DNA from: Felis catus
Lineage: Eukaryota
Length of the DNA stretch: 64,000 nucleotides
NCBI RefSeq assembly: GCF_018350175.1
Contig: NC_058369.1
Location: forward strand, 19,780,001-19,844,000
Reading direction: 5' to 3'
A model generated the notes under the pieces. The model was not told the DNA's origin. It searched no databases and was given only the letters and a program-made list of their open reading frames with translations. Both the position numbers and the translations under genes were made by a program. Positions within the stretch are counted from its first letter, which is position 1; the number at the start of each line of letters is the position of its first letter. This document shows, one piece after another, positions 36,686 to 49,142 of this stretch.

Positions 36686-37655
36686 ATTAATTGACCATAT
36701 AGTTTGAGTTTTCTATTCTGTTCTATTGATCTGTGTGTCTGTTTTTGTGCTAATAGCAAAGTATTTTGATCACTACAGCTTTGTAATATAACTGGAAGTC
36801 TGGAATTGTGCTGCCTCTAGCTTTGCTTTGCTTTGCTTTTTAAAAGTTGCTTTGGCTATTCAGGGTCTTTTGTGGTTCCATACAAACTTTATAATTGTTT
36901 ATTTTAGCTCTGTGAAAAATGCTGTTGGTATTTTGATATGGATTACATTAGAAGTGTAGATAGCTTTGGGCAGTGTAGACATTTTAACAATGTTTGTTCT
37001 TTCAGTCCATGAGCATGGAGTGTCTTTCCATTTCTTTGTGCCCTCTTCAGTTTCTTTCAATAATGTTTTATAGTTTTCAGAGTACAGGCATTTCACCTCT
37101 TTTGTTAGGTTTATTCCTAGATATCTTATGGTTTTTGGTGCAATTGTAAATGGGATCAATTCCTTAATTTCTCTTTCTGCTGTTTCATTATTTGTGCATA
37201 GAAATGCAATAAATTTCTGTACGTTGATTTTGTATCCTAAACTTTACTGAACTTGTGTATCAGTTCTAGCAGTGTTTCAGTAGAATCTTTCAGGTTTTCT
37301 ATATATAGTATGATGTCATCTGCAAATAGTGAAAATTTTACTTCTTCCTTATTGATTTCATTCCCATTATTTCTTTTGGTTGTTTGCTGTGGCTACGGCT
37401 TTTTAGTACTATGTTGAATAAAAGTGGTGAGAGTGGACATCTTTGTCTCTTATTCCTGACCTTAGGAGAAAAGCTTTCCATTTTTCCTTGTTGGGGATGA
37501 TGTTAGCTGTGGTTTTTCATATAAGGCTTTTATTATGTTGAGGTATGTTCCCTCTAAATCTGCTTTGTTGAGGGTTTTTATCATGAATGGATGTTGTTCT
37601 TTCTTAAATGCTTTTCTGCATCTATTGAAAGGATCATACAGTTTTTATCCTTTTC
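36686..37655 (-). mobile_element. Carnivore L1 ORF2 RT fragment, fused tail-to-tail to the previous piece
   Basis: [23 protein letters not shown]...PTAFFTELK on the minus strand. Confidence 0.88.
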
Positions 37656-37917
37656 TTCAGATATTTTAAAACCTTGGCTACAATTTATGATTATATCCCT
37701 CCTTTTACACTATTATTGTTTTGGTCTTTTTTTAAAATTTATTTTCACATGATTAGACCTTTCTTAAGTGTGTTTTGATTTAGCAAAGAATTTACATTGC
37801 CAGTCCTCCCTATTAGCTCTCATTGTTTTCTATTTCATGAATATGTTTTAAATTTTTATAAGTAATATTTTCTAATTTCTAATTTTTTGGACCTCTGGTT
37901 TTTATAAAACTTAAACA

Positions 37918-38086
37918 GGGGCACCTCTGTGGCTCAGTTGGCTGTGTCCAACTTTGGATCAGGTTGTGATCTCACAGTTCATGAGTTCGAGGCCTACGTT
38001 CAGCTCTGTGGTTACAGCTTGGAGCCTGGAGCCTGTTTTGAATTGTGTGTCTCCCTTTCTCTCTGCCCCTTCCCTGCTCACGCTCT

Positions 38087-38128
<42 letters not shown>

Positions 38129-38148
38129 AATAAATAAACATTTAAAAA
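37918..38148 (+). mobile_element. Can-SINE with expanded (CT)n
   Basis: SINE head, (CT)n at about 38090-38125, A tail. Confidence 0.9.
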
Positions 38149-40169
38149 AGTAAATATAAAAAAATTATACAATTTTTAAAACTTTGTCAGTCTGGACACT
38201 CTGTGAATTATATTTAGTCTTTTCTAATTCTAGAATTGAAGAGTATGGAATTCCCTCTTTGTAATACTTTAGTTATATTATACAAGGTATTATAGTTAGT
38301 ATGTGTTTCCAAATTGATAATCTCTAGAATATTCTCCTTTAGCTTCATAAAGTTTATATTTTGCTCTTCTGTAATTTGTGGACTGTAGTATAAGTTAAAT
38401 CTCATCACCACACCCTTTAAAAATGGTGAGAAAGGAACAAGGAAGATAAGAATGAAGTAAAATTTATAAATATATATGATAGAGCAAGGAACAATACATA
38501 GTAGATGATATAGACATGTTTCTCTACCTAGTTGCAGGTATTAATTTTCATTAACGAACTCCTTTTTTTACTACCCATTTTATGATGTTTTTTTCTTTAG
38601 CACCTCAGCTATGGTATTTGAGCCTTTGGTGATTCAGTTTGATAAGGGATGATATAGTTTTTTCGTCAACATTTACCACAGAGTATGACAATATTAGGAT
38701 GTTCTTTGTGGATCCCTTTGGTTCCATCTGTGTGTTTCCCCACTTCTGTTATATAGCAGTAAACCTGTTTCTTCTTGAGGACTGGCAAAAATTAAACACA
38801 ACAGCCAATACCAAAACCACCTCTTTTTTCCCACTTGTGTGCCCAGTGGCAGGAAGAATTTAAAACTGAAACAGCCTCATGGTAATCTCACATTCAGTGT
38901 AATTGAATCATGTTCTCATCTGGTATATTCATATTTCACTTGGATTCTATATCAGTGGAGTAAAAAATCCTCAAGAGATTGGAACCTAAAATTTTACAAG
39001 TGAGTCATTATGTTTGAGAGTGAGAAGTGTCCCTTCCATTACTACTTCTTTCTTGACCCATGTTCTGTATTTGGGAAAAACATAGCTATATTGGTTCCTG
39101 GTTCAGAGCATTTATCACATCATGTGGATAGTGCCCAAGTCTTTAAAAAGATAGCATGATGAATTATTTTAGAGTCCTCTCTGTTGTTCTGTACAGTCCA
39201 GTGTTCTGGGTGATGAAGTAATTAGTAATGTCAGTTAATCCTGTGGGCACAAGTCTATTATTTTACTTCTTTTGGTTTCAGGTGAGGTCCTTGCACATAT
39301 TTCAGTTTTACCCACATTAACATGATGGCAGATAAAATATTGAGTAGTCTACTGAAGGTCATGTTTCCAGAGATAAAGGAGGCAGAGGAAGTAAGTCCAA
39401 ATCCCATCCCTTTTATGGTGAATGGAGTCCAGTGTAGCACACTTGCCAAATTGTGTTGGCTAATCCACTTGGAGGATGATACTATATCAGAGTCTCAGCA
39501 TTACCCACTGCTACTAGCCAGTTCTCATTCAACACTTGTACCAGATCAGCCTTGATGATCAGGGAAAGTCCATGGAGTTAAGCTTATTAATAGCTGTAAT
39601 GCCTTTTACCACATTCATTGTGGGATATCTGGGGAAGGAAACAGACTGAATTAATGGGACACTTGGAGGAGTGTTGGAAAATTGGCTTCCTTTGCAAGAT
39701 AACTCTTTAAGTCTTAAGGAAGTCTTTAAGGAAGGCAAGGACACCCTCATGAGTAGAGAAGGAGGGCCTTTTTCTACTGCAAAGGGAAGTATATTAAGGG
39801 TGGAACTTGGGCTCTTTTAAGTGTCCCATGTCATACTTTTATTTCTACCATGCTTTCTAATCAGTAGCCTGCCTTTTATCTTCGTATTTATGGGAAGACA
39901 TAAATTCAACTGACCTTGTAATTCAGCAAACATCAGGATCAAAACTAGAGTTTGGTTTTTGGTTTTGAGCCCTGAAAGTGAAAGAGAAGATTAATCTAAG
40001 TGAACTCTTACGCAGAACATCAATAAAGTGAGCATTCAGCTTTTTGTAGCCCTGGTTTTCTGACCACAGATGATCCTTCCAATTAGATATTACAGAGTAT
40101 ATTAAATTGTCTCATCTATCCATTCTACATTTGCTAGATTTATTTAACTCTTAGTTTATTTAAAAACAT

Positions 40170-40589
40170 TTTTAATAATTTTATTCAATTATTTTTATTT
40201 TTTATATTTTAGTTAATATAGAGTGCAGTATTGGTTTCAGAAGTAGAATTCAGTGATTTCTGAATACAACACCCAGTGAGCATACAACACCCAGTGCTCA
40301 TTACAAGTGCCTTAATACCCATCACCCATTTAGCCCATCTCCCATCCACCTCCCTCCATCAGCCCTCAGTTTGTTCTCTGTTGTTAAGAGTCTCTTGTGG
40401 TTTGTATCCCTTTCTTCTCCCTACCCCTTCCCATGTTCATCTGTTTTGTTTCTCAACATTCCACATATGAGTGAAATCATACGGTATTTGTCTTTCTCTG
40501 ACTTATTTTGCTTAGTCTAATAATTCTAGCTCCATCCATATTGTTGCAAATGGCAGGCTTTCATTTTTTTGATGGATGAGTAGTATTCC

Positions 40590-40625
<36 letters not shown>

Positions 40626-41375
40626 ACATCTTCTTTATCCATTCATCAGTTGATGGACATTTGCACTCTCTTCATTGTTTGACTATTGTCAGTACTGCTA
40701 TAAACATTGGGGTGCACATACCCCTTAGAATCTGTATTCTTTTTTTTAAAGGTTTTTAATGTTTATTTTTGAGAGACAGAGAGCGATCAGGGGAGAGGCA
40801 GAGAGAGAGACACACACAGACTCTGAAGCAGGCTCCAGGCTTTGAGCTTGTCAGAACAGAGCCTGACATGGGGCTCATGAATCATGACCTCATGAATCAT
40901 GAGATCATGACCTGAGCCGAAGTTGGATGCTTAACCAACTGAGCCACTCAGGCACCCCATCAAATCTGTATTCTTTTACCATTTGGGTAAATTCCTAATA
41001 GTGCAATTGCTGGATTATAGAGAGTTCTATTTTTAGTTTTTTGAGGAACCTCCATACTGTTTCCAGAGTGGCTGTACCAGTTTGCATTCCTACCAACAGT
41101 GCAAGAGAGTTTCCCTCTCTCCACATCCTTGCCAACACCTGTCTCCTGTGTTGTTAATTTTAGCCATTCTGACAGGTGTGAGGTGGTATCTCATTGTGGT
41201 TTTGATTTGTATTTCCCTGATGATGAGTGATGTTGATCATCTTTTTATGTGCCTGTTAGGCATCTGGATGTCTTCTTTGGAAAAATGTCTATTCATGTCT
41301 TCTGCCCATTTCTTAATGGGATTGTTTGTTTTCTGGGTGTTGAGCTTCGTAAATTCTTTATAGATTTTGGATAGA
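40170..41375 (-). mobile_element. Feliform L1 3' portion with (CA)n at 40592-40624 and a SINE at about 40740-40958
   Basis: Antisense ORF2 C-terminus and 3'UTR; the SINE has TSD aatctgtattctttt. Confidence 0.9.
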
Positions 41376-41496
41376 GTTAAAGGGAGAATCAGTAGGTCAG
41401 CAGTACCAAGAAAGTTTCTTCCTTTTGATTATGTAGTCCAAATTACCCTTTTATACTTGTCTTTTTTTTTTCTTTGACCTCATTGTTGGTCTATTT

Positions 41497-41708
41497 TTTT
41501 TTTTTAACGTTTATTTATTTTTGAGACAGAGAGAGACAGAGCATGAACGGGGAAGGGGCAAAGAGAGAGGGAGACACAGAATCGGAAACAGGCTCCAGGC
41601 TCCGAGCCATCAGCCCAGAGCCCGACGCGGGGCTCGAACTCACGGACCGCGAGATCGTGACCTGAGCTGAAGTCGGACGCTTAACCGACTGAGCCACCCA
41701 GGCGCCCC
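41497..41708 (-). mobile_element. Can-SINE, young
   Basis: Exact TSD ctcattgttggtctattt at 41479-41496 and 41708-41725; CpGs retained. Confidence 0.97.
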
Positions 41709-41739
41709 TCATTGTTGGTCTATTTAACAAACTGCTTTC

Positions 41740-41800
41740 TTGTTTTTTTTTTTTTAAGTTTTAATTATTTATTTATTTATAGAGGGCACAGTGAGTGAAG

Positions 41801-41838
<38 letters not shown>

Positions 41839-42040
41839 AAGAGAGAGAGGGAATCCCAGGAGGGGCAGAGAGAGAGAGAAGTGAGGCTTACCTGAATTGG
41901 GCTCATGTTTACCTGAAATGGGACTCAAGCTCACCCGATGTGGGGATCGAGCTCACTGATGTGGGTCTTGAATTCATGAACCATGAGATCATGACCTGTG
42001 CAGAAGTCAGATGCTTAACAACTGAACCACCCAAGCACCC
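41740..42040 (-). mobile_element. Older long Can-SINE variant with internal tandem repeats and (AG)n
   Basis: Repeated gggctc(a/g)agctcacc-like units; TSD ttaacaaactg. Confidence 0.8.
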
Positions 42041-42409
42041 TTAACAAACTGTTTTGAAAGTCAACCTCAGACTTACTGTGCTTGTAGCTGTATGGATTTC
42101 TATTGCATGTGTTCTAGGAACCTTGGCATTACCATTACCACAGCTGATTGGGGATTTGGGGGCTTGAAATCAATAGATGAGAGAGGGAATAGGAAGGGAA
42201 TCAATAATGGTGCGCATGTAAGAAATACTGGAAGAATTATTGACAGCTGCCAAAGAACAATAATTTGAGCATCTCAAGGGCTCTGGGGTAGACTTCTGCA
42301 TTGTGCAGTATTAGACAACTTAGAGAAGAACACGCTTATGTCCTAACTTATCACAGCATGACATGAAATCAAAAGTATAGACTTTCTCTGATTATGCTTT
42401 CTTGCTCAT

Positions 42410-43070
42410 CTTACTTCATTGCCTTCTAACTGCTCTCCCCCCTTTTATCCATGCTCTCCTACAGTTTATTCTCAACATAGCTGCCAGCGTTATGTGAAAA
42501 AAATCATTTTATACTTGTGTTTAAAATCTTCCAATGGCAGGGTGCCTGGGTGGCTCATGAACATCCAACTCTTGATTTCAGCTCAGGTCATGATCTCATG
42601 GTTCATGGGATCGAGACCCGTGTCAGGCTTCGCGCTGACAGCATGTGGCTTGCTTGGGATTCTTTCTCCTTCTCTCTGTGCCCTCCGCACTTCCCACCCC
42701 CCACTGCTTGTTCACCCCTGCTCACTCACTCGCTCTCTCTCTCTCAAAATAAACTTTAAAAGAAATAAAATCTTCCAATGACTTTTATTTCATTCAGAGT
42801 AAAAACCAAGTTCTTATAAAGGCTTACAAAGTTATATGACCTGGCTTTGCTCCTTCTACTCTCCCTATTTCTGAGTCTACTTCAGGTACAGTGACTTCCT
42901 TGCTTTTATTCGAACATATCAGGGATGCTCCTGCCTTAAGGTTTTTGTTCATGCTGTTTCCTATGCTTGGAGTACTGTCCCTGGCTAAAACTCTGTTACT
43001 TCATTCAGGCCTTTTCTCAAATCTCAGTGAGACACATCCTGACTACCATATTTAATTCTGCCTCCTCATT
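42410..43070 (+). mobile_element. L2 fragment with a + strand SINE at about 42540-42765
   Basis: cagtttattctcaacatagctgccag...aaaatcttccaatg[SINE]acttttatttcattcagagtaaaa; SINE TSD aaaatcttccaatg. Confidence 0.75.
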
Positions 43071-43131
43071 CCCCTCACCAACTTAAAACTGAATGCTCCC
43101 ACAGGACTGCTGCCTCTTTAAACTGTCACTG

Positions 43132-43335
43132 GGGGTGCCTGGGTGGCTCAGTTGAGCGTCCGACTTTGGCTCAGGTCATGATCTCACAGTTCATGGGTTT
43201 GAGCCCCACATCAGGCTGTGTGCTGACCTCTTGCTCAGAGCCTGGATCCTGCTTCAGATTCTGTGTCTCCTTCTCTCTCTGCCCCTCCCCTGCTCACGCT
43301 TTGTCTCACTCTGTTTCTCAAAAATAAATAAATGT
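43132..43335 (+). mobile_element. Can-SINE
   Basis: ggggtgcctgggtggctcag head and aaaataaataaa tail. Confidence 0.92.
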
Positions 43336-43789
43336 AAACTGACTGTTGCTGCCACCAAATTGATTTCTTTCTACTCTCTTCTTCTTTGGGTAATTGGTTT
43401 TCCTTTCTAAGTCTGTGGTAGGTTGAGCTCAGGTTACAAGCCTGTACTATAATAATAGAAAGGCTGAGAAATCAAGTGTCTATTATCTTCTGGTTGTATA
43501 GTGGAAGGCAACTCTGTCTCTACATTTGGGGTTTAATCACAGTTTTTCTGCAACACTGCCGTTCTTTTCTGCTGGGAATCCTGTTATGAGTCGGTTGGAA
43601 TTCTTTCACTTATCTCTCATGTCTCTTGAGTACTCATTCATACTTTGGGTTACTTTTTTGCTTTGACCTACATTCTAGAGTGATTTCTTCACTACTCCCT
43701 TGCTACTAATTTTCTTTTGAATTCTGTCCAGCATGTATCCTTTCTGTTGAGATTTTTCCCCCCTACTGCTAATGTTTTTTGACATTTAA

Positions 43790-44220
43790 AAAATTGTGAT
43801 AAAATATTCATAACATACAATTTAGCATTTTAACTAGTTTTAAGAGTGCAATCCAGTGGCATTAAGCATATTCACAATGTTGTGCAACCTTCTTGAGTAT
43901 TCAACTGTAGAATTTTTCATCATCCCAAACAGAGACTCTATATTTCTTAAACAGGTAACTCCCATTCCCACTTCCTCCAGCCCCTGGAAACCTCTCTTCT
44001 TTCTATCTCTATGAATTCTCCTATTCTAGGTTCCTCATATAAATGGAATCACACAATATTTGTCCTTTTGTGCCTGGCTTATTTTACTTAGCATAGTGTT
44101 TTTGAAGCTCATGCATGTTATAGCATGTATCAAAATTTCATTTATTTTAAATGTTGAATAATATTCCCATATATACGTATTGCATTTTATTATTCTATTC
44201 AACCATCAGTGGACATTTTT
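43790..44220 (-). mobile_element. L1MB-like 3' end
   Basis: attgtgataaaatattcataacat...cagtggcattaagcatattcacaatgttgtgcaacc. Confidence 0.8.
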
Positions 44221-44357
44221 TCATATACTTTTCATTTGTAAAATTCCTAGTTGGTTCTTTTGCACATTCATTAGCTCTTGTTTTATTTGTTTTTGCTTGT
44301 GTTGCTTCTTTTTCTTTTTTAAATGGAAGTTAACTAATTTCTCTAAACATTATAAAA

Positions 44358-44572
44358 AATTTTTTTTATTATTACATTTATTTATTTTTGAGAGAGTGAG
44401 ACAGAGTGCAGGTGGGAATGGGCAGAGATAGAAGGAGACACAGAATCCAAAGCAGGCTCCAGGCTCTGAGCTGCCATCACAGAACCTGACACAGGGCTCA
44501 AGCCCACGAACCATGAGATCATGACTTGAGCCGAAGTCAGAGACTCAGCCGACTGAGTCACCCAGGCATCCC
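44358..44572 (-). mobile_element. Can-SINE
   Basis: TSD tctctaaacattataaa. Confidence 0.93.
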
Positions 44573-45078
44573 TCTCTAAACATTATAAACATATAAAAAT
44601 GTTTATCAGACTTTTATAAAAATCTGAGGAGATTTTTAATATTATTTTTAAACCTTGACCATTATATTTTTCATATGTTTTAGAATTTTGGTTTTTAGAA
44701 GTGAGAGATTTTGTTTTTCCCCTCCTTCTCTCCCTCTGAGCACATCTGTATAGTGCTTATGCAGTTACCTCTGCTTGCTCCCAAGGCCCAATGTAGACCC
44801 AAGTTCTACAATAACATTTTAAATCTCTTTCCCCATGGTTATATTTGGGCTATGCCAGATCATGACCCTAGGCTGAGGGGAGGAGGGAACTGCTTTAGGC
44901 CCAATCTATTTAGTTCTACAACCTTTAAAAGCCATAGTTCCAAGTGAGGTTCAGTAGCAGTTTTTTCTGCTTGGCCTATGCAATAGTATGTTTGTAATAA
45001 TACTCTATCTGAATTTTAGGAATTTTTAGGATATTGATTTTGTGTTTATAATCTAAGAAAAATGAATCTGTTTTAGTT

Positions 45079-45122
45079 TAAAAGGCGAAAGATTTATACG
45101 ATTTGAAGAGAAACCAGAGTAT
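45079..45122 (-). pseudogene. 3'-truncated (tailless) U5 snRNA retropseudogene, U5 nt 1-44
   Basis: Reverse complement reads ATACTCTGGTTTCTCTTCAAATCGTATAAATCTTTCGCCTTTTA, the U5 5' end through loop 1. Flanked by an exact 21-bp direct repeat atgaatctgttttagtttaaa (45062-45082 and 45121-45141). No poly(A). Confidence 0.93.
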
Positions 45123-45304
45123 GAATCTGTTTTAGTTTAAACTTGATTAGTATAAATTGAAGTGAAGCCTTAGAAATTTCAAATAGGAATATAAATTTCC
45201 CATAGATGTCCCTGGTTAAAATAGCTGAGGATGTAATATATGAAACTTTCCATTTTATTCCATACATTATTTCTGCATTAATCTTATTAAAACACAACAC
45301 TCTT

Positions 45305-47002
45305 TTTTTTAAATTTTTTAATGTTTATTTATTTTTGACACAGAGAGAGACAGAGCATGAGCAGGGGAGGGGCAGAGAGAGAGGGAGACACAGAATCCGA
45401 AGCAGGCTCCAGGCTCTGAGCTGTCAGCACAGAGCCTGATTCAGGGCTCGAACTTACAGAGTGACAGATCGTGATCTGAGCCGAAGTTAGACGCTCAACC
45501 AACTGAGCCACCCCAACACTCCAAACACTCCAACACCCCAACACCCCAAACACTCTTTTTAAAACATTTTTAAATTTAAATTCTAGTTAATTAACATACA
45601 GTGCAATATTGGTTTCAGGAGTAGAATTCAGTGATTCATCAATTACATATAACACCCAGTGCTCATCATAACAAGTATCCTCCTTAATACCTATCACCCA
45701 TTTAGCCCATCCCCCACCTCCCTCCCTCTATCAACCCTCAGTTGGTTGTCTATCTTTAAGAGTCTCTCATGGTTTATTTCCCTCCCCCTTTTTTAGAAAA
45801 TATATTTTTTATTTTTTAGAGAGAGAGTGCAAGTGGGGGAGGAGGGGAGAGAGAGAGAGAGAGAGAGAAGAGAGGAGAGAGAGAATCTCAAGCAGGTTCC
45901 ATGCTCCTTGTGGAGCTCTACATGGGGCTCGAGCCCACACTCTGGGATCATGGCCTGAGATGAAATCAAGAGTCAGATGCTCTGGATAAAGGGCTAGTAT
46001 AAAAATCTATAAAGAACTCACCAAACTCCACACCCGAAAAACAAATAATCCAGTGAAGAAATGCGCAGAAGACATGAATAGTCACTTTTCCAAAGACATT
46101 CAGATGGCCAACAGACACATGAAAAGATGCTCAATGTCACTCCTCATCAGGGAAATACAAATCAAAACCCACTGAGATACCACTTCATGCCGGTTAGAGT
46201 TGCTAAAATGAACAAATCCGGAGACTATAGATGCTGGCGAGGATGTGGAGAAACGGGAACCCTCTTGCACTGCTGGTGGGAATGAAAACTGGTGCAGCCA
46301 CTCTGGAAAACAGTGTGGAGGTTCCTCAAAAAATTAAAAATAGATCTACTCTATGACCCAGCAGTAGCGCTGCTAGGAATTTACCCAAGGGATACAGGAG
46401 TGCTGATGCATAGGGGCACTTGGACCCAATGTTTATAGCAGCACTTTCAACAATAGCCAAATTATGGAAATAGCCTAAATGTCCATCAACTGATGAATGG
46501 ATAAAGAAGATGTGGTTTATATATACAATGGAATACTACTTGGCATGAGAAAGAATGAAATCCTTCCATTTGCAGCAACGTGGATGGAACTGGAGGGTAT
46601 TATGCTAAGTGAAATAAGTCAGGCAGAGAAAGATAGATACCATATGTTTTCACTCATATGTGGATCTTGAGAAACTTAATAGAAGACCATTGGGGAGGGG
46701 AAGGGGAAAAAAAGTTACAGAGAGGGAAGGAGGCAAACCATTAAGAGACTCTTAAGGACTGAGAACAAACTGAGGTTGATGGGGGTAGGGGAGAGGGGAA
46801 AGTGAGTGATGGGCAGGAAGGAGGGCACTTGTTGGGATGAGCACTGGGTATTGTATGGAAACCAATTTGACAACAAATTATATTTAGAAAAAAAGAAAAC
46901 AAAAAAAATAATAAAATTCTTTACTTGCCAAAAAAAAAAAAAAAAAAAGTCAGATGCTCAACCAACTGACCCACCCAGGCGCCTCTGTTTCCCTCTCTCT
47001 TT
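45305..47002. mobile_element. Nested insertion complex: minus L1 3' fragment holding a SINE in its tail (45305-45513) and a second SINE (45800-45982 plus 46960-46984) that is split by a plus L1
   Basis: Outer TSD taaaacacaacactctt at 45288-45304 and 47003-47019; the inner SINE halves join across the L1. Confidence 0.88.
45983..46947 (+). mobile_element. Felid L1, 5'-truncated (about 0.96 kb), inserted inside a SINE, with a double A tail
   Basis: ORF2 C-terminus and 3'UTR. TSD agtcagatgctc at 45971-45982 and 46948-46959. Confidence 0.94.
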
Positions 47003-47769
47003 TAAAACACAACACTCTTATAACATCTCCTGTGTCTCTTTCCATAGGGCCAGGTTTAAATCTCTTAGCCTTGCCCTGATAATACCTTCTGTCTTTTCAG
47101 TTACCTGTGTGTCCCCAGCATGAATCCTCTTTAATATGTTTTGCTCATTGTTTTCTCTGTACCTTTTTTATAGCTTATTACAGCCTACAGGGTCCTCTCT
47201 CTACCTCCTTGCCTTTCAAACCTAACCTTCCTTTGGGAACCTCACTTCCTTCATGAAGCATTATCGTCAGTTTACAGTGAACATTTTCCTTCAGAACTGC
47301 ACAAAAACTTATAGTTGATGTCACATAGCATCTATTTGTGCTTTATATTTAAATTTTGTTATTAAGATTGTGATCTCCCTGATTGTTTCTATAAATCTCC
47401 TGATTATCTCTGTAGCACTCTTAAAAACATAGAATATAAAAATAATTTCAGAAATTAATGTTTATATGCAGTTATCCAGTAATTTGAAGAAATAAAGGAT
47501 GTCTTCTCCTTGAATTCAGTTTTTTGTAGTAAGTCATTAAGGCTTCTTTTTCAGATCTGTCATTTGTCACTGGCTTATTCTCCTTTATCTGAGAAGTTCA
47601 GTATGACTTATTTTTAAGAGTTAAACTAAATTAAACCATTTATTTAAACTGTTGTAGTAGTGCCTGAAATAATTGGTAAAGTTGAGTCTTGGAGTCACTG
47701 CCTTGGATGCTAGTGACACAAGGAAAAAAAATATATTCCATTTTACTCTTAAGCCTTTGATGAAAGTTT

Positions 47770-48740
47770 TTATCTATCTATCTATCTATCCATCTAAATT
47801 CTAGTTAGTTAACATACTGTTTAGTATTGGTTTCAGGAGTAGAACCCAGTGATTCATCAGTTACCTAGAACACCCAGTGCTCATCCCAACAAGTACCCTT
47901 CTTAATGCTCTTTATCCATTTAGTCCATCCCCAACCCATGCCCCCTCTAGCAACCCTCCAGTTTGCTTTCTGTATTTAAGAGTCTGTATGGTTTGCCTCT
48001 CTCTCTGTTTTTATCTTATTTTTTCTTCCCTTCCCCTATGTTCTTTTGTTTCTTAAATTCCATATATGAGTGAAATCATATGATATTTTTCTTTGTCTGA
48101 CTTACTTCACTTAGCATAGCACACTCTAGTTCCATCTATGTTGTTGCAAATGGCAAGATTTCATTCTTTTTGATTGCCGAGTAGTATTCTATTGTACATA
48201 TATACCACATCTTCTTTATCCATTCATCAGTCGACATTTGGCTTCTTTCCATCATTTGGCTATTGTTGATAGTACTGCTATAAACATTGGGGTGCATGGG
48301 CCCCTTTGAATTAGCATTTTCATATCATCTGGATAAATACCTGGTAGTGCAATTGCTGGATCATAGGGTAGCTTTATTTTTAATTTTTTTGTTTGTTTTG
48401 AGAGAGAGTGAGCAAGCGCCTGTGTGTGCACATGCACACTGGAGAGCGGGGGAGGGGCAGAGAGAGAGAGAATCAGAGGATCCAAAGTGGACTCAGTGCC
48501 AACAGCAGAGAGCCTGATGTGGGGCTTGAGCTCACAAACCATGAGATCATGACCTAGCCGATGTCGGACACTTAACTGACTGAGCCACCCAGGTGTCCCA
48601 CTATTTTTAATTTTTTGAGGAACCTCCGTACTGTTTTCCAGAGTGGCTGCACCAGTTTGCAACCCCACCAATACTGCAAAAGTGTTCCCCTTTCTCCGCT
48701 TCCTTACCAACATCTGTTGTTTCCTGAGTTGTTAATTTTT
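47770..48740 (-). mobile_element. Feliform L1 3' portion with an (ATCT)n tail and a SINE at about 48385-48599
   Basis: [17 protein letters not shown] on the minus strand; TSD-like gRaagttttta. Confidence 0.9.
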
Positions 48741-48916
48741 GGAAGTTTTTATTTTAATCAGCTTATAAATTTGATCAATGTGGATAGTTCTCTGGCATCA
48801 TTCCAAGAAGATTCTTTTTATCTGTTGGACTGAAGCACACAAAATACAACAATAAAGCCATAAAACACCATCAAGTAACATATATTCATTGATACTCAAT
48901 GTACTGAGTCATCTTT

Positions 48917-49142
48917 TTTTTTTTTTTTTAATTTTTTTTCAACATTTATTTATTTTTGGGACAGAGAGAGACAGAGCATGAACGGGGGAGGGGCAGAGAG
49001 AGAGGGAGACACAGAATCGGAGACAGGCTCCAGGCTCTGAGCCATCAGCCCAGAGCCCGACGCGGGGCTCGAACTCACGGACCGCGAGATTGTGACCTGG
49101 CTGAAGTCGGACGCTTAACCGACTGCGCCACCCAGGCGCCCC
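48917..49142 (-). mobile_element. Can-SINE, youngest subtype
   Basis: Exact TSD gtactgagtcatcttt at 48901-48916 and 49144-49159; long poly(T). Confidence 0.97.

Larger units (their letters stand above)
38560..43525 (-). mobile_element. Possible ancient ERVL/MaLR (MLT-type) internal region and LTR remnant, interrupted by L1, L2 and SINEs
   Basis: Minus strand 38600-39000 resembles the ERVL 3' dUTPase-like region (ttactgctatataacagaagtgggg...gggatcc...tgtggtaaatgttgacg). 43340-43525 is MLT-like. Recalled similarity only. Confidence 0.4.

Noticed and set aside
45510..45556. Short repeats as a CRISPR-like array
   Set aside because: Eukaryotic intron; the units are 8-9 bp without spacers and derive from the insertion target.
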